This document shows, in pieces, positions 17,480 to 26,398 of a stretch of 64,000 nt of DNA. The notes under the pieces are model-generated. The model had not been told where the DNA came from and ran no database searches. It saw nothing but the letters and a program-made list of their open reading frames with translations. Numbering within the stretch: the first letter of the stretch is position 1; each line of letters opens with the position of its first letter. A program made the position numbers and the translations under genes. Where the stretch lies: the sequence record OL744216.1; one strand, written 5' to 3'. Origin of the DNA: Enterobacter phage vB_ExiM_F4M1E.

Positions 17480-17917
17480 ATGTTACATTCAATCAATAAA
17501 GAGCAAAAACTGTACGTCCTGAAGTGTGGCAACGGCTTTACCTGCTATGGGTTCGAAGTGCTGGACACAAACGCCCGCAAGGTTAAGCAGTGGTTAGAAT
17601 CTGAAGGTGCAACAGTTGAGGATCTGCCATATCGCAAGGGCACAAAGAAGCATTATAAAGCCTGTCAAGATATGATCGCCGCTGGTTGTGCTTATCATGC
17701 CAGAACGGGCAAACGCTGCCTTGCTGGACTCACCAAACAATTAAAGGGCCTGGAGGGTCGCCGGGTAGAAGTGATCACAATGTACGGCGAAAAGCGCCGC
17801 TTTATTGTGGGTCGCTCTACTGGCTGGATGCCTGCCCACCTGGAGATCGCCCGCGCTAACAGTAGCGGCGGCATGAGTGCAGAGCAGCAATATAAATCTG
17901 TAACCATCGTAAAATAA
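17480..17917 (+). CDS. hypothetical protein (145 aa)
   Basis: RBS AAGAGAGA; behind P2. Confidence 0.5.
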   Translation: MLHSINKEQKLYVLKCGNGFTCYGFEVLDTNARKVKQWLESEGATVEDLPYRKGTKKHYKACQDMIAAGCAYHARTGKRCLAGLTKQLKGLEGRRVEVITMYGEKRRFIVGRSTGWMPAHLEIARANSSGGMSAEQQYKSVTIVK

Positions 17918-17930
17918 TTTAAAAAGAGTA

Positions 17931-17959
17931 TTGACACCGGGGCCACCTGGCCCCATAAT
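17931..17959 (+). promoter_or_regulatory. promoter P3 TTGACA-N17-CATAAT (GGGGCC-ACCT-GGCCCC spacer)
   Basis: consensus. Confidence 0.6.
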
Positions 17960-18008
17960 ACAAACAAGCCCGGCAAATGGTGCCCGGCAAAATCAGAGAG
18001 TAAAGAAA

Positions 18009-18230
18009 ATGGCTAAAGTAACCTATAAAAAATCACGTGGCGTCTCCTCTGTTAACCTGGCGGCGGTTGTAACCCTGCCCGCATACCGTACCCGTGACGA
18101 GGCGCGCGCCGTTGCCAGTAAGATCCGCGCCGCTGGCGTGACTCCGACAACGCCAACCAAAACGGCGGACGGCTGGCGCGTTACCGCAAAGCATAACGGC
18201 GGCACACTTTCCCGCAACACTCACCGCTAA
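18009..18230 (+). CDS. hypothetical basic protein (73 aa)
   Basis: ATG 18009 with RBS AGAGAG; Ala/Arg-rich. Confidence 0.45.
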   Translation: MAKVTYKKSRGVSSVNLAAVVTLPAYRTRDEARAVASKIRAAGVTPTTPTKTADGWRVTAKHNGGTLSRNTHR

Positions 18231-18275
18231 CCAATTGCAGGCCCCGCCGGGGGCCTTTTGTGTGGAGTCAGTACC

Positions 18276-18620
18276 ATGACCAAACAGATCTACCATGTAC
18301 CGATCACGCCGCTTTTCCGTTGTCATATCTTTTATGACTGTAATGATCTTGCGGGGCAATGGATCGGCGATACCGATCAACAATATGATTTCCCGGAATG
18401 GGACGAACTAAACCGCCGTGTAAGCAACGCCGCACACAATGCCGATCCTGATAGCCTGGCGGACGTGGAACACTTCCCCGGCGGGGCCGCTTGCTTTCCT
18501 TATATTGAGATCACCGCGCCAACGTGGGCGCTATGTAAAGCGATGGGCGACGCCGTGATCCGTTGCATCCTGGACAATGGCGGGATCGTCGAACCAAAAG
18601 ACAACGGAATAAATATTTAA
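18276..18620 (+). CDS. hypothetical protein (114 aa)
   Basis: RBS GTGGAG; no own promoter, shares P3 transcript. Confidence 0.45.
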   Translation: MTKQIYHVPITPLFRCHIFYDCNDLAGQWIGDTDQQYDFPEWDELNRRVSNAAHNADPDSLADVEHFPGGAACFPYIEITAPTWALCKAMGDAVIRCILDNGGIVEPKDNGINI

Positions 18621-18639
18621 ATTATTTTCGTTTTAGGGG

Positions 18640-18668
18640 TTGACGCCGCCCGGGGTTACCCTCATAAT
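18640..18668 (+). promoter_or_regulatory. promoter P4 TTGACG-N17-CATAAT
   Basis: consensus. Confidence 0.55.
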
Positions 18669-18720
18669 GTACCACATAGGGCGACGGAATAACCCGCCGC
18701 CAAAACCAAAAGGTAACAGT

Positions 18721-18960
18721 ATGCAAACCGTAATGATTAGCCACCCGGATCACGCTTCAGACTTCTACGCCCCGATCTACGCCCCGCTTGATTGGCAACG
18801 CCAGGGCCTGCAAAAAACCGCCACGGGCTATGGCACAAAGATCCCAACGTCCTATATGTTGGACTATCAAGGCAAGCGCCGTCGGATCTACGTTGACCAG
18901 TACAGCAACAGCGGCCACACTTACATCATGATCAAAGGCGAAAAAATTACGGTCTGCTAA
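18721..18960 (+). CDS. hypothetical protein (79 aa)
   Basis: ATG 18721 with RBS AAAGGT. Confidence 0.45.
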   Translation: MQTVMISHPDHASDFYAPIYAPLDWQRQGLQKTATGYGTKIPTSYMLDYQGKRRRIYVDQYSNSGHTYIMIKGEKITVC

Positions 18961-18969
18961 AAATAATTG

Positions 18970-18998
18970 TTGACCGGGGGCCGGAAAGGCCCCATAAT
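18970..18998 (+). promoter_or_regulatory. promoter P5 TTGACC-N17-CATAAT (GGGGCC..GGCCCC)
   Basis: consensus. Confidence 0.6.
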
Positions 18999-19030
18999 AC
19001 CAGACATACCAAACAAACGAGGCTTTACAA

Positions 19031-19261
19031 ATGAATCTGACTACTATCGGCGCTAACCAAACTATGATCACCCTGGCAAATGGCGCACAGGTTTTCTTTT
19101 CCTACAATACCCCGGTTGCGGCATACCTGCCCGGAGAGGGCTACTTGGTGACCGCCACAAAGCACAGCGCCACCACCTCAAAGCATGTTAATGCTTGGGC
19201 TGGCAAAGGTTGCGAGACCCGCCCACAGGAATTTTTTGATAATCTTATCAAATCCGCTTGA
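19031..19261 (+). CDS. hypothetical protein (76 aa)
   Basis: RBS ACGAGG. Confidence 0.5.
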   Translation: MNLTTIGANQTMITLANGAQVFFSYNTPVAAYLPGEGYLVTATKHSATTSKHVNAWAGKGCETRPQEFFDNLIKSA

Positions 19262-19287
19262 CGCTGGTTTCTGCCGGGGTATATAAT
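19258..19287 (+). promoter_or_regulatory. promoter P6 TTGACG-N18-TATAAT
   Basis: consensus; overlaps stop of previous gene. Confidence 0.55.
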
Positions 19288-19339
19288 CCCCGGCATAGGC
19301 AAGCGAAAGCAAACAACCAAACCGAAAGGATACCAAACG

Positions 19340-19720
19340 ATGAATATTTTCAACACTGTAAACGCCGCCGACATCAAAGAAATTTCCGTAACTGGCAAAC
19401 GTTGGTTTCAGCGTAGCTATGGCAACACGTATCACAGCGTAAGCGTCGCCGCCGTGGTATCACGTGAGACAGCCGAAAACTTGGGGGCTAATCCATCCCC
19501 GGCGGGATCTGGCGACGTGTGGATCGACCTGGGTTATGTTGGGTTCGCTTATGGTTATGATCGCGGGTTCGAACAAACCGCCCTGGCTATCCTGATCGAG
19601 GCTGTAAGCGATGCGCCGCAGGACTGGAAACAAAATTCATACGCTTGCCAGGTGGCAACGGCTTTAAATGTGCCTTACTCCGAAAACGTTTATGATGTTA
19701 GCCGCAAAAAGGATTTATAA
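19340..19720 (+). CDS. hypothetical protein (126 aa)
   Basis: RBS GAAAGGA. Confidence 0.5.
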   Translation: MNIFNTVNAADIKEISVTGKRWFQRSYGNTYHSVSVAAVVSRETAENLGANPSPAGSGDVWIDLGYVGFAYGYDRGFEQTALAILIEAVSDAPQDWKQNSYACQVATALNVPYSENVYDVSRKKDL

Positions 19721-19726
19721 TTTAGG

Positions 19727-19756
19727 TTGACACGGGGCCGGGTTAGGCCCCATAAT
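19727..19756 (+). promoter_or_regulatory. promoter P7 TTGACA-N18-CATAAT (GGGGCC..GGCCCC)
   Basis: consensus. Confidence 0.6.
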
Positions 19757-19788
19757 ACCCACAGACCCAAACAAAAGAGTAAAACGCG

Positions 19789-19998
19789 ATGATTAACGAG
19801 CAGCAAGTAAACGACGTAAAACATGAGGCTTATCAGGTGGCGATCCGTAGTGGTTCCCGCGCCGCCTTCAATCTGGTTGTTGAGTTGTACCCTGAACAGG
19901 CGGAAAATATTTTAATGCAGGTTTCCGTATTACTGGAAGCAACAAAGCACACCAAATTAAGCGCCGGGATCGATAAGCTGGCAAAAAGTTTAAAATAG
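19789..19998 (+). CDS. hypothetical protein (69 aa)
   Basis: RBS AAGAGTAA. Confidence 0.45.
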   Translation: MINEQQVNDVKHEAYQVAIRSGSRAAFNLVVELYPEQAENILMQVSVLLEATKHTKLSAGIDKLAKSLK

Positions 19999-20001
19999 TT
20001 G

Positions 20002-20031
20002 TTGACTCTTACCCCGTCCCGCTGGCATAAT
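20002..20031 (+). promoter_or_regulatory. promoter P8 TTGACT-N18-CATAAT
   Basis: consensus. Confidence 0.5.
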
Positions 20032-20086
20032 AGCGGGACTGATTAAGAGAAACACCACACAAACCAAACTAAAGAGAGTAAACATT

Positions 20087-20476
20087 ATGAACGCTAATTA
20101 TGACTTTTCCCAAATGGTTGTCGCATCCTCTACCGATCTGCGTAACTTCCGCAAAGAAAATAACTTTTACAAGGCCGTTCACCTGGTCGGGCTGGTAGAC
20201 GGGGAGATCAAAGATCTGGCGGAGGTTTCATTCTACGGCACCGGGAAAACCAACACGGCTATTTTGTGGATTCACTCCCCGATCCTGTCTCTCTATGGTT
20301 CAAGCGCTGGCAAGGCTGGCGGCTACGGTTACAACCGTGAGGACGCCGCTTTTCAAAGCGCCTTGCGGGGAATGGGGATCAAAAGTACAGGTTACGAATT
20401 GCCACGTGATTTTTTCCCGGCGCTTGCAAAGCATTTAGGGGTTGATGTATACTCAATCATCGAATCACACGGTTAA
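20087..20476 (+). CDS. hypothetical protein (129 aa)
   Basis: RBS AAGAGAG. Confidence 0.5.
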   Translation: MNANYDFSQMVVASSTDLRNFRKENNFYKAVHLVGLVDGEIKDLAEVSFYGTGKTNTAILWIHSPILSLYGSSAGKAGGYGYNREDAAFQSALRGMGIKSTGYELPRDFFPALAKHLGVDVYSIIESHG

Positions 20477-20481
20477 TATGA

Positions 20482-20796
20482 ATGATAACTATTCTCACAA
20501 TGCTGGGACTTGCGGCGGCGGCGATTTACTGCGTCGCTACTTATAAAGCGTCTGTATGGCGAAAGGGTCAAAAAATGTACGGCTATTTTGAATATGAGTA
20601 CAAAGGGGAGAAGGGATCAAGCCGGGACTATGGCGCGATGTTAGAGATCGATATGGTTGGCGCGATGAACTACCGCCAGGAGTTGGGCGCGGTGATCACG
20701 TATGAAGTTTACAAGTCATCTGAGGATGAGATCGGGCAGATAATTGATCAACGTTACTATATGGAACAGCAACAAAACAAACGCCGGAGAAAATGA
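20482..20796 (+). CDS. membrane-anchored hypothetical protein (104 aa)
   Basis: N-terminal TM helix ITILTMLGLAAAAIYCVA. Confidence 0.45.
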   Translation: MITILTMLGLAAAAIYCVATYKASVWRKGQKMYGYFEYEYKGEKGSSRDYGAMLEIDMVGAMNYRQELGAVITYEVYKSSEDEIGQIIDQRYYMEQQQNKRRRK

Positions 20797-20933
20797 GAAT
20801 GATTCACACTAACGAGAACCGCCAAAAGGCACGACCCCGCGCCCGCCTGTCATATGCTGAAGCCGAGGACCGCCTACAGCGTGAAAAGAGCAACAAACAA
20901 CAGCGCCGCAAAACGCGCTATAACTGGGAGTAA
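20793..20933 (+). CDS. small basic protein starting MRMI (46 aa)
   Basis: ATGA overlap; ATGAGAATGATT start shared with ORFs 25938 and 27043. Confidence 0.3.
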   Translation: MRMIHTNENRQKARPRARLSYAEAEDRLQREKSNKQQRRKTRYNWE

Positions 20934-20975
20934 GCGCCCCGGCAGGGAAACACTAGGCCAAACCGTTTAAACCGC

Positions 20976-21006
20976 ACAGGGGGCCTTACAGGCCCCTTAT
21001 TTTTGA
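20976..21006 (+). terminator. intrinsic terminator (AGGGGGCC-TTACA-GGCCCCTTATTTTTG)
   Basis: GC stem plus T-run. Confidence 0.6.
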
Positions 21007-21009
21007 TCT

Positions 21010-21249
21010 ATGGGGTACACAATGCAAAACCTTTACAGCATGACAGAATTTATCCGCCTCCTGGCGGGCCGTCCGATGGGCTTTACCTGCCTTTACTTGG
21101 TAAACGACGGCAAAGGCTACCGGATAACCTCAAAGTCATTAGCCGCCATTGCAGCGCGGGAAGGGGTGAAGATCTCCACCTCTCAGGCGCTCATTGTTGA
21201 CCCGGCGACCGTGGCGACGATTGAGGCGATCCGAGTCACCGTAAAATAA
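21010..21249 (+). CDS. hypothetical protein (79 aa)
   Basis: ORF after terminator; weak RBS. Confidence 0.4.
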   Translation: MGYTMQNLYSMTEFIRLLAGRPMGFTCLYLVNDGKGYRITSKSLAAIAAREGVKISTSQALIVDPATVATIEAIRVTVK

Positions 21250-21272
21250 TTCAAATATTTTCATTCCGGGGC

Positions 21273-21301
21273 TTGACGCCCGGCCCCGGTTCCCCCATAA
21301 T
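21273..21301 (+). promoter_or_regulatory. promoter P9 TTGACG-N17-CATAAT
   Basis: consensus. Confidence 0.55.
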
Positions 21302-21352
21302 ACACCACATAGCGACGCACACCGCGACGCACCAAACAAAAGAGAGTCCGTA

Positions 21353-21772
21353 ATGTCTACTAAAAATCCTTTCCGCATCAAATCAGGTTTATCCGTTTAC
21401 GCACTGGCTTGCGGCTACGTTCAGCAAATCGACACCGAAGTAACCGGGGAAAGTATCCGGGTACAATTGAGAATGGAACACGGCGCGTTTCACGTGCAGG
21501 CGTACAACTTCACCGAACACGGGCGGATCGAATGGGTAGTAGAGGACATGATCGGCGACGCTCGCACACAATGGCAACGCCTTGTAAATCAGATTTTTGG
21601 CGACACCATAAAGGCGACCAAAAAGGATCGCCGCTATACGGTAAATCGTGAGTATCGCGGGGAGAGTGACCCGGCGTATGTGACCCGCTTTTGTGGGGAG
21701 TATGTAGACTACAGCGACACCGCCGCCGCTGGCTGGATTAAGGCCGCAGAACACAAGGCCGGAAAACTTTAA
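21353..21772 (+). CDS. hypothetical protein (139 aa)
   Basis: RBS AAGAGAG. Confidence 0.5.
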   Translation: MSTKNPFRIKSGLSVYALACGYVQQIDTEVTGESIRVQLRMEHGAFHVQAYNFTEHGRIEWVVEDMIGDARTQWQRLVNQIFGDTIKATKKDRRYTVNREYRGESDPAYVTRFCGEYVDYSDTAAAGWIKAAEHKAGKL

Positions 21773-21780
21773 AATAGTTG

Positions 21781-21810
21781 TTGACGCCGGGCACCGTCCC
21801 GGCTTACAAT
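21781..21810 (+). promoter_or_regulatory. promoter P10 TTGACG-N18-TACAAT (CCGGGCACCGTCCCGG dyad)
   Basis: consensus. Confidence 0.55.
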
Positions 21811-21841
21811 ACCCAAACACAAACAAAAGAGAGTCAACACC

Positions 21842-21994
21842 ATGAAACATTATTTAGTAAACATCCCTGGCGTGGCTGGCCCGCTGAAAGTTTACGGCTA
21901 CGACGAACAGGACGCAAGAAAGCGCCTACGTGATCGGGAAGGGTACGGATCACGCCTCCCACGTGGCACAAAACTTTATTTGCAAAACGCTTGA
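21842..21994 (+). CDS. small hypothetical protein (50 aa)
   Basis: RBS AAGAGAG; stop overlaps next promoter -35. Confidence 0.35.
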   Translation: MKHYLVNIPGVAGPLKVYGYDEQDARKRLRDREGYGSRLPRGTKLYLQNA

Positions 21995-22020
21995 CGTGTG
22001 GTTATGCCGTCGCCTACAAT
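21991..22020 (+). promoter_or_regulatory. promoter P11 TTGACG-N18-TACAAT
   Basis: consensus. Confidence 0.5.
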
Positions 22021-22066
22021 TACGGCATAGACAAACGAAAGCAGACAACCAAACGAGGGTTAAATT

Positions 22067-22360
22067 ATGTTTGAAGTATTCGCCGGAATGTGCTTTTATG
22101 CCGCCGCCGCTTTAAAGCAGTGTGATGATTTTGTTGTGGAGTCCTACGACGATCCGCTGACGTGTGAGATCGTGGCGACCGATTACCGCCAGGACACCCG
22201 CTGGATTAACCCGGCTTGTATTCCATCGCCAGAAGTCGAACCGATGCCAGAAGGCGAAGAGATTCAAGATCCTGCCGTGGCTGTTACCTCGTTTTTTGTG
22301 GATAATCTGGACGCCGCCGCGCTGGTCCAAATGTACGCAAGCCAGGAGGCCGCACAATGA
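22067..22360 (+). CDS. acidic hypothetical protein (97 aa)
   Basis: RBS ACGAGGG. Confidence 0.5.
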   Translation: MFEVFAGMCFYAAAALKQCDDFVVESYDDPLTCEIVATDYRQDTRWINPACIPSPEVEPMPEGEEIQDPAVAVTSFFVDNLDAAALVQMYASQEAAQ

Positions 22361-22500
22361 ACCACAGCCGCAACATTGCAAAGCGCCGCCGCCCTAATTC
22401 CAGCGCCGCCAATGATGAGCGCCGGATCGCTGGTTTCATCGCTTGCGGCTACACCGTACAGCAGGCCCGGCAAATGGTAAAAGCAAAAGGCAGAAAATAA
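22357..22500 (+). CDS. small basic protein (47 aa)
   Basis: ATGA overlap; Arg-rich. Confidence 0.3.
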   Translation: MNHSRNIAKRRRPNSSAANDERRIAGFIACGYTVQQARQMVKAKGRK

Positions 22501-22503
22501 TTG

Positions 22504-22533
22504 TTGACACCGGGCACCGTCCCGGCTTATAAT
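22504..22533 (+). promoter_or_regulatory. promoter P12 TTGACA-N18-TATAAT
   Basis: near-identical to P10 and P13. Confidence 0.6.
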
Positions 22534-22571
22534 TCAGCTACACCAAACAAAACAGGCAAACGAGGCCACAA

Positions 22572-22751
22572 ATGAAATCATCCTTACTTTTCGCCCTGGT
22601 AGACATAGTGATCGGCAATGGTTGCGGTCAACATACCTTCATTGCAAACCGTCCCTATCCGCTCAAATCGTTGCAGGCCGACGCCCGCCTAACCGCCGGG
22701 CAGATCCGCCGCTACTTTCGTGAACCACACCCGGCAAAAACTGCAAAATAA
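22572..22751 (+). CDS. small hypothetical protein (59 aa)
   Basis: RBS ACGAGG. Confidence 0.35.
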   Translation: MKSSLLFALVDIVIGNGCGQHTFIANRPYPLKSLQADARLTAGQIRRYFREPHPAKTAK

Positions 22752-22754
22752 TTG

Positions 22755-22784
22755 TTGACGCCGGGCACCGCCCCGGCTTATAAT
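22755..22784 (+). promoter_or_regulatory. promoter P13 TTGACG-N18-TATAAT
   Basis: consensus. Confidence 0.6.
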
Positions 22785-22814
22785 TACCGAACACAAACAA
22801 ACGAGGCTACAAAA

Positions 22815-23114
22815 ATGCAACAGGCAAACACTCTTTTCATTCTGGCAAACGTAGCGGATCACGTTGTGGCGTCACTGTCCAACGTGGCGGGCACCGTGCA
22901 GATCATTTGCCGCCATATGGATGACACCGCGCCGAACCGCCTACAAATCAACGTAGACCGTAAAGGGGCCGACTTTGTGATCTCTTATGATGCCATTTAC
23001 AACGGGCGGCGCTTTATGCAGGCCAAAAGCGACCCGATCCCGGCTAACTACATTCAGGAGGCGATCGCCGTCCTGGTAAACGACACTATCCCGGCGGGGG
23101 CTATGTTACCATGA
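22815..23114 (+). CDS. hypothetical protein (99 aa)
   Basis: ATG 22815 with RBS ACGAGG. Confidence 0.5.
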   Translation: MQQANTLFILANVADHVVASLSNVAGTVQIICRHMDDTAPNRLQINVDRKGADFVISYDAIYNGRRFMQAKSDPIPANYIQEAIAVLVNDTIPAGAMLP

Positions 23115-23266
23115 ATCCGCATAAACTTTTAATCACCGCCTACCCAAACAAGGCGGATCGCCGTGAAACTTTGGACCGCTTAACCCTGTATTATCAGGAG
23201 GCCGGGCACAGTAAAGCGACGGCCCGCGCCTTGGCTAAAAAACGTTTACGTTTTGGTAAAAATTAG
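23111..23266 (+). CDS. small hypothetical protein (51 aa)
   Basis: ATGA overlap. Confidence 0.3.
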   Translation: MNPHKLLITAYPNKADRRETLDRLTLYYQEAGHSKATARALAKKRLRFGKN

Positions 23267-23267
23267 C

Positions 23268-23296
23268 TTGACGCCCGGCCCGAAAGGGCCGATAAT
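23268..23296 (+). promoter_or_regulatory. promoter P14 TTGACG-N17-GATAAT (GGCCC-GAAA-GGGCC)
   Basis: consensus. Confidence 0.55.
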
Positions 23297-23342
23297 CTCT
23301 CACATAGGGCGGGGAATGGTTCCCCGCATTATCTAAGAGGTT

Positions 23343-23501
23343 ATGAATATGTTTACTTTGATGACTTGGGAACACGAATCAAGCGCCCCTGTCCGCCGGA
23401 CCTTTGAAAACTTATGCGCCGCTTATCGCCTGGCGCAAGGCGGTTACTATAAAGCCCAAATCATCGACGAAAATAATATTGTAATGTACGAATTTAAATG
23501 A
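23343..23501 (+). CDS. small hypothetical protein (52 aa)
   Basis: RBS AAGAGG. Confidence 0.35.
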   Translation: MNMFTLMTWEHESSAPVRRTFENLCAAYRLAQGGYYKAQIIDENNIVMYEFK

Positions 23502-23530
23502 TTGACATCCGGCCCGAAAGGGCCGATAAT
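23502..23530 (+). promoter_or_regulatory. promoter P15 TTGACA-N17-GATAAT
   Basis: consensus. Confidence 0.55.
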
Positions 23531-23566
23531 GACCCCACACCAAACAAAAGAGAGAGAGACCGTAAA

Positions 23567-23773
23567 ATGATTACTATGATTCTTCAAAAGTCCCGCCTGA
23601 TTGATGTTACCGTTACCCTGTCCGCTTGCGGTGACACGTCCCGCCGGGCCGATCATTACCAGGTGACCGCTGTTAGTGATCGCGGCGCTGTCCTGCTGTC
23701 TGAAGTAACAGAGCATTTGCACGAGGCTTTTAAAACCTATTCAAAGTGGAAAGGCGACGAAGAAATAAAATAA
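23567..23773 (+). CDS. hypothetical protein (68 aa)
   Basis: RBS AAGAGAGAGAG. Confidence 0.45.
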   Translation: MITMILQKSRLIDVTVTLSACGDTSRRADHYQVTAVSDRGAVLLSEVTEHLHEAFKTYSKWKGDEEIK

Positions 23774-23781
23774 AAATCCGC

Positions 23782-23811
23782 TTGACGCCGGGGCCACGTT
23801 GGCCCCATAAT
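23782..23811 (+). promoter_or_regulatory. promoter P16 TTGACG-N18-CATAAT
   Basis: consensus. Confidence 0.6.
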
Positions 23812-23845
23812 GCCACCACACCAAACGAATAAAGAGAATCACAAA

Positions 23846-24100
23846 ATGTTAAAATTCATCAAATCACTTTTCACCCGCACCACCCCGGCTTGCAAGTTGC
23901 CACCCCTGGAGGCTAAAGGCGTGATCGCTCGCAAAGTCTCAGAATTGTTTATCATTTCATTGGTTCACAACGGCGGAGACTGTTACGAAATCATCGAAAT
24001 GGGCCGCTACACTAAAACAGGGTCAAGCCGTGTCCGTTACGGTGAACACCGCGCCCGGAATCATTTTGATTCTGTATGCTGTATGGTGGGTGCAAAATAA
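23846..24100 (+). CDS. hypothetical protein (84 aa)
   Basis: RBS AAAGAGAA. Confidence 0.45.
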   Translation: MLKFIKSLFTRTTPACKLPPLEAKGVIARKVSELFIISLVHNGGDCYEIIEMGRYTKTGSSRVRYGEHRARNHFDSVCCMVGAK

Positions 24101-24103
24101 ACC

Positions 24104-24132
24104 TTGACGGGGCCAACGTTAGGCCCCATAAT
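24104..24132 (+). promoter_or_regulatory. promoter P17 TTGACG-N17-CATAAT
   Basis: consensus. Confidence 0.6.
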
Positions 24133-24184
24133 GTAACACATAGGGCGACACAACGCCGCCCACAAACAGAAAAGAGATCGTAAA

Positions 24185-24544
24185 ATGAGCAAATACACCC
24201 CGTGGGAACCAATGTACAAAATCACCCTGTCCGAGTGCAGCAAAAACGAACTGGATGGAATTGTCCGCGCCGCTACTGCCGTGATCCGTGGGCTTAACTT
24301 CAAACGTTTAACCTTCAAAGAAGTAAAACAAATTTTTGAAATGCCGGATCACAAGGCCGCTTCCCGCTTGGGGCTTACTGTAACATCGCAAGGGCTTTAC
24401 AAAGATCACGACCTTAAAGGGCCGCACGTGTGGCTTTTAGCTTGCGCCGTGGGCCGCACCATTGCCGACACTATCAAAGAGATGAAAGCGCTACGCGATG
24501 ACGCAAAAGCCCGCCGGGCCGCGCTGGAAGTGGCACAAAAATAA
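24185..24544 (+). CDS. hypothetical protein (119 aa)
   Basis: RBS AAAGAGA. Confidence 0.5.
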   Translation: MSKYTPWEPMYKITLSECSKNELDGIVRAATAVIRGLNFKRLTFKEVKQIFEMPDHKAASRLGLTVTSQGLYKDHDLKGPHVWLLACAVGRTIADTIKEMKALRDDAKARRAALEVAQK

Positions 24545-24557
24545 TTTAAAAATAAAG

Positions 24558-24587
24558 TTGACGCCGGGAAGCGTTACGGGCTATACT
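24558..24587 (+). promoter_or_regulatory. promoter P18 TTGACG-N18-TATACT
   Basis: consensus. Confidence 0.5.
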
Positions 24588-24635
24588 CTTTTCATCGGGT
24601 CACAACAGACCAAAACAAACAAAGAGAGAAACAAA

Positions 24636-24713
24636 ATGAGCGTAATCTTCCTGGTATCTGTTTTCGTAGCTATCGCATCTTCTACCGCAATTTGTATCAA
24701 ACTGGGATACTAA
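24636..24713 (+). CDS. small hydrophobic peptide (25 aa)
   Basis: RBS AAGAGAGA; single TM helix; leader-like. Confidence 0.3.
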   Translation: MSVIFLVSVFVAIASSTAICIKLGY

Positions 24714-24717
24714 TAAA

Positions 24718-25110
24718 ATGACTACTTTCAACGTTTTAAACTTAAACGCTTTTATCGCGGGTTACATTGAGGCAATGTTTTTTGCAGAGTCCGCCACCGA
24801 TAGCGACGGCGAAGAAATCGAAAGTTTAGCCGGGTATGAGTTAAGCGCTGAAGCCCTGGACGCTGCCCGCATGGATTGCGCCCGCTTTATGGATGTTGCG
24901 CCGCTGTTACTCAAAGGGGCAATGTTGGCAGGGGTTGACTACGACCACACCCAGGCAGGCCGGGATCTATGGTTTAGCCGTCAAGGTCACGGCGTAGGAT
25001 TCTGGGATCGCGGACTTGGGACGATCGGTGATAAACTTCACGACGTGGCGCAGACTTTCGGATCAAAAAATCTGTTTATCAATGATGCTGGATTTATTGA
25101 GGTAGAATAA
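24718..25110 (+). CDS. hypothetical protein (130 aa)
   Basis: ORF in array. Confidence 0.5.
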   Translation: MTTFNVLNLNAFIAGYIEAMFFAESATDSDGEEIESLAGYELSAEALDAARMDCARFMDVAPLLLKGAMLAGVDYDHTQAGRDLWFSRQGHGVGFWDRGLGTIGDKLHDVAQTFGSKNLFINDAGFIEVE

Positions 25111-25571
25111 TGAACCTTACAGATCTGAAGTATTACGATGAATTAACCCCAGCGGCGCAAGCTGAAGCCCGGCGCAACGTTGCCGCCAGTGTGCAGACTC
25201 ACCACGGGCGGGAAATCGGAAAGGCGTTTTTTAAATTCCAGCGGGACCCAAACAAGGCGATCAATGACCCGCTACACATCCGCCGGATCGTCAACGGCGG
25301 CGAAGCGTGGCGCAAGATCCGCCAGGAGGGCGACGCCTATCTAATCCGCTTTATCCGGTCCAATAAAGTGATCTTTACTGATTGCGGTGCGTATGTGGCG
25401 TATGTGGACGCCTTCACAATGTTTATTGATGGGTTGGAATACATACCCACAGCCGAACAGCAAAAGACGCTTAGAACGCCTTACATCGACGTTAACGGGC
25501 GCGGCCCGGCGTTTCATAATTGGCTATACCGTATGCACCACAAAATAAAGTTTTTCATGATCCGGGGTTGA
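25110..25571 (+). CDS. hypothetical protein (153 aa)
   Basis: TAATG overlap with upstream. Confidence 0.5.
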   Translation: MNLTDLKYYDELTPAAQAEARRNVAASVQTHHGREIGKAFFKFQRDPNKAINDPLHIRRIVNGGEAWRKIRQEGDAYLIRFIRSNKVIFTDCGAYVAYVDAFTMFIDGLEYIPTAEQQKTLRTPYIDVNGRGPAFHNWLYRMHHKIKFFMIRG

Positions 25572-25596
25572 CACCCGGCGGAATAGGGCCGATAAT
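25568..25596 (+). promoter_or_regulatory. promoter P19 TTGACA-N17-GATAAT
   Basis: consensus. Confidence 0.5.
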
Positions 25597-25649
25597 GTCT
25601 CTCATAGGGCGGGGAATGGTCCCCGGCCCAATGACCTGGAGTCAGTACA

Positions 25650-25901
25650 ATGGAAATCAAACACGTAATTTCTGCAAACGTCGCCGTTTTAGGTTCTGTA
25701 AGTGAAACCCGTGTGAGTCTCGCTAAATGGTGCGCCGCTCAAACTTTCGGGAGTTACGGCGAAAAGGTAACAGAGGTTAAGCGCTTGCTTTCCTTTGGTA
25801 ACGTGGGCCGCAAGTTGTTAACAGAGGATATCGCCCGCCGGGTTGAGATCCATTATTCACTTGCTCAAATCATCGTAAAAGAGATCGAAAGCGTAATTTA
25901 A
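25650..25901 (+). CDS. hypothetical protein (83 aa)
   Basis: RBS GGAG. Confidence 0.45.
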   Translation: MEIKHVISANVAVLGSVSETRVSLAKWCAAQTFGSYGEKVTEVKRLLSFGNVGRKLLTEDIARRVEIHYSLAQIIVKEIESVI

Positions 25902-25937
25902 CCCGGCCCGGCCCCGCAAGGGGCCAACAGAGGACAA

Positions 25938-26162
25938 ATGAGAATGATTATCAAAAACACTTTGGGCAAAACTGATTTTCTGCGCTCGCTGGAGATCGGC
26001 AAGCCGCAAGCCTGGTATTGTAAAAAGCTGGCGCATGATGAAATGAAAGATTTTACAGCCACGTTAACCCGCGTTAAAATCAGCATTACCCAAAAGAAAG
26101 CGCTTTTAGTGATTGAGGGGCAGATCCCGCAAACCGTGATCATTGTTGAGAGGACCGCATAA
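25938..26162 (+). CDS. hypothetical protein starting MRMI (74 aa)
   Basis: Fur-like ATGAGAATGATTATC spans start codon. Confidence 0.45.
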   Translation: MRMIIKNTLGKTDFLRSLEIGKPQAWYCKKLAHDEMKDFTATLTRVKISITQKKALLVIEGQIPQTVIIVERTA

Positions 26163-26163
26163 A

Positions 26164-26388
26164 ATGGGGGCCAATACTCGCAACCGCTACGGCATAACGC
26201 GCCGTTTCGGGGTCTGCTATATGCTGGCAGATGATCCACAATATCGGGCCTTGCTGGAGGCTTACCAGGTCACCAAACTGGACGCCCAAAAGGGCCGGGC
26301 CGAACACGACGCCCACACCGCCAACATTAAAGCGCTTCACGACTTTTTAGCCGTCGCGGAAAAGCGTCACGACATCCGCCACAATTGA
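26164..26388 (+). CDS. hypothetical protein (74 aa)
   Basis: ATG 26164 2 nt after upstream stop. Confidence 0.45.
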   Translation: MGANTRNRYGITRRFGVCYMLADDPQYRALLEAYQVTKLDAQKGRAEHDAHTANIKALHDFLAVAEKRHDIRHN

Positions 26389-26398
26389 GGGCCGAACC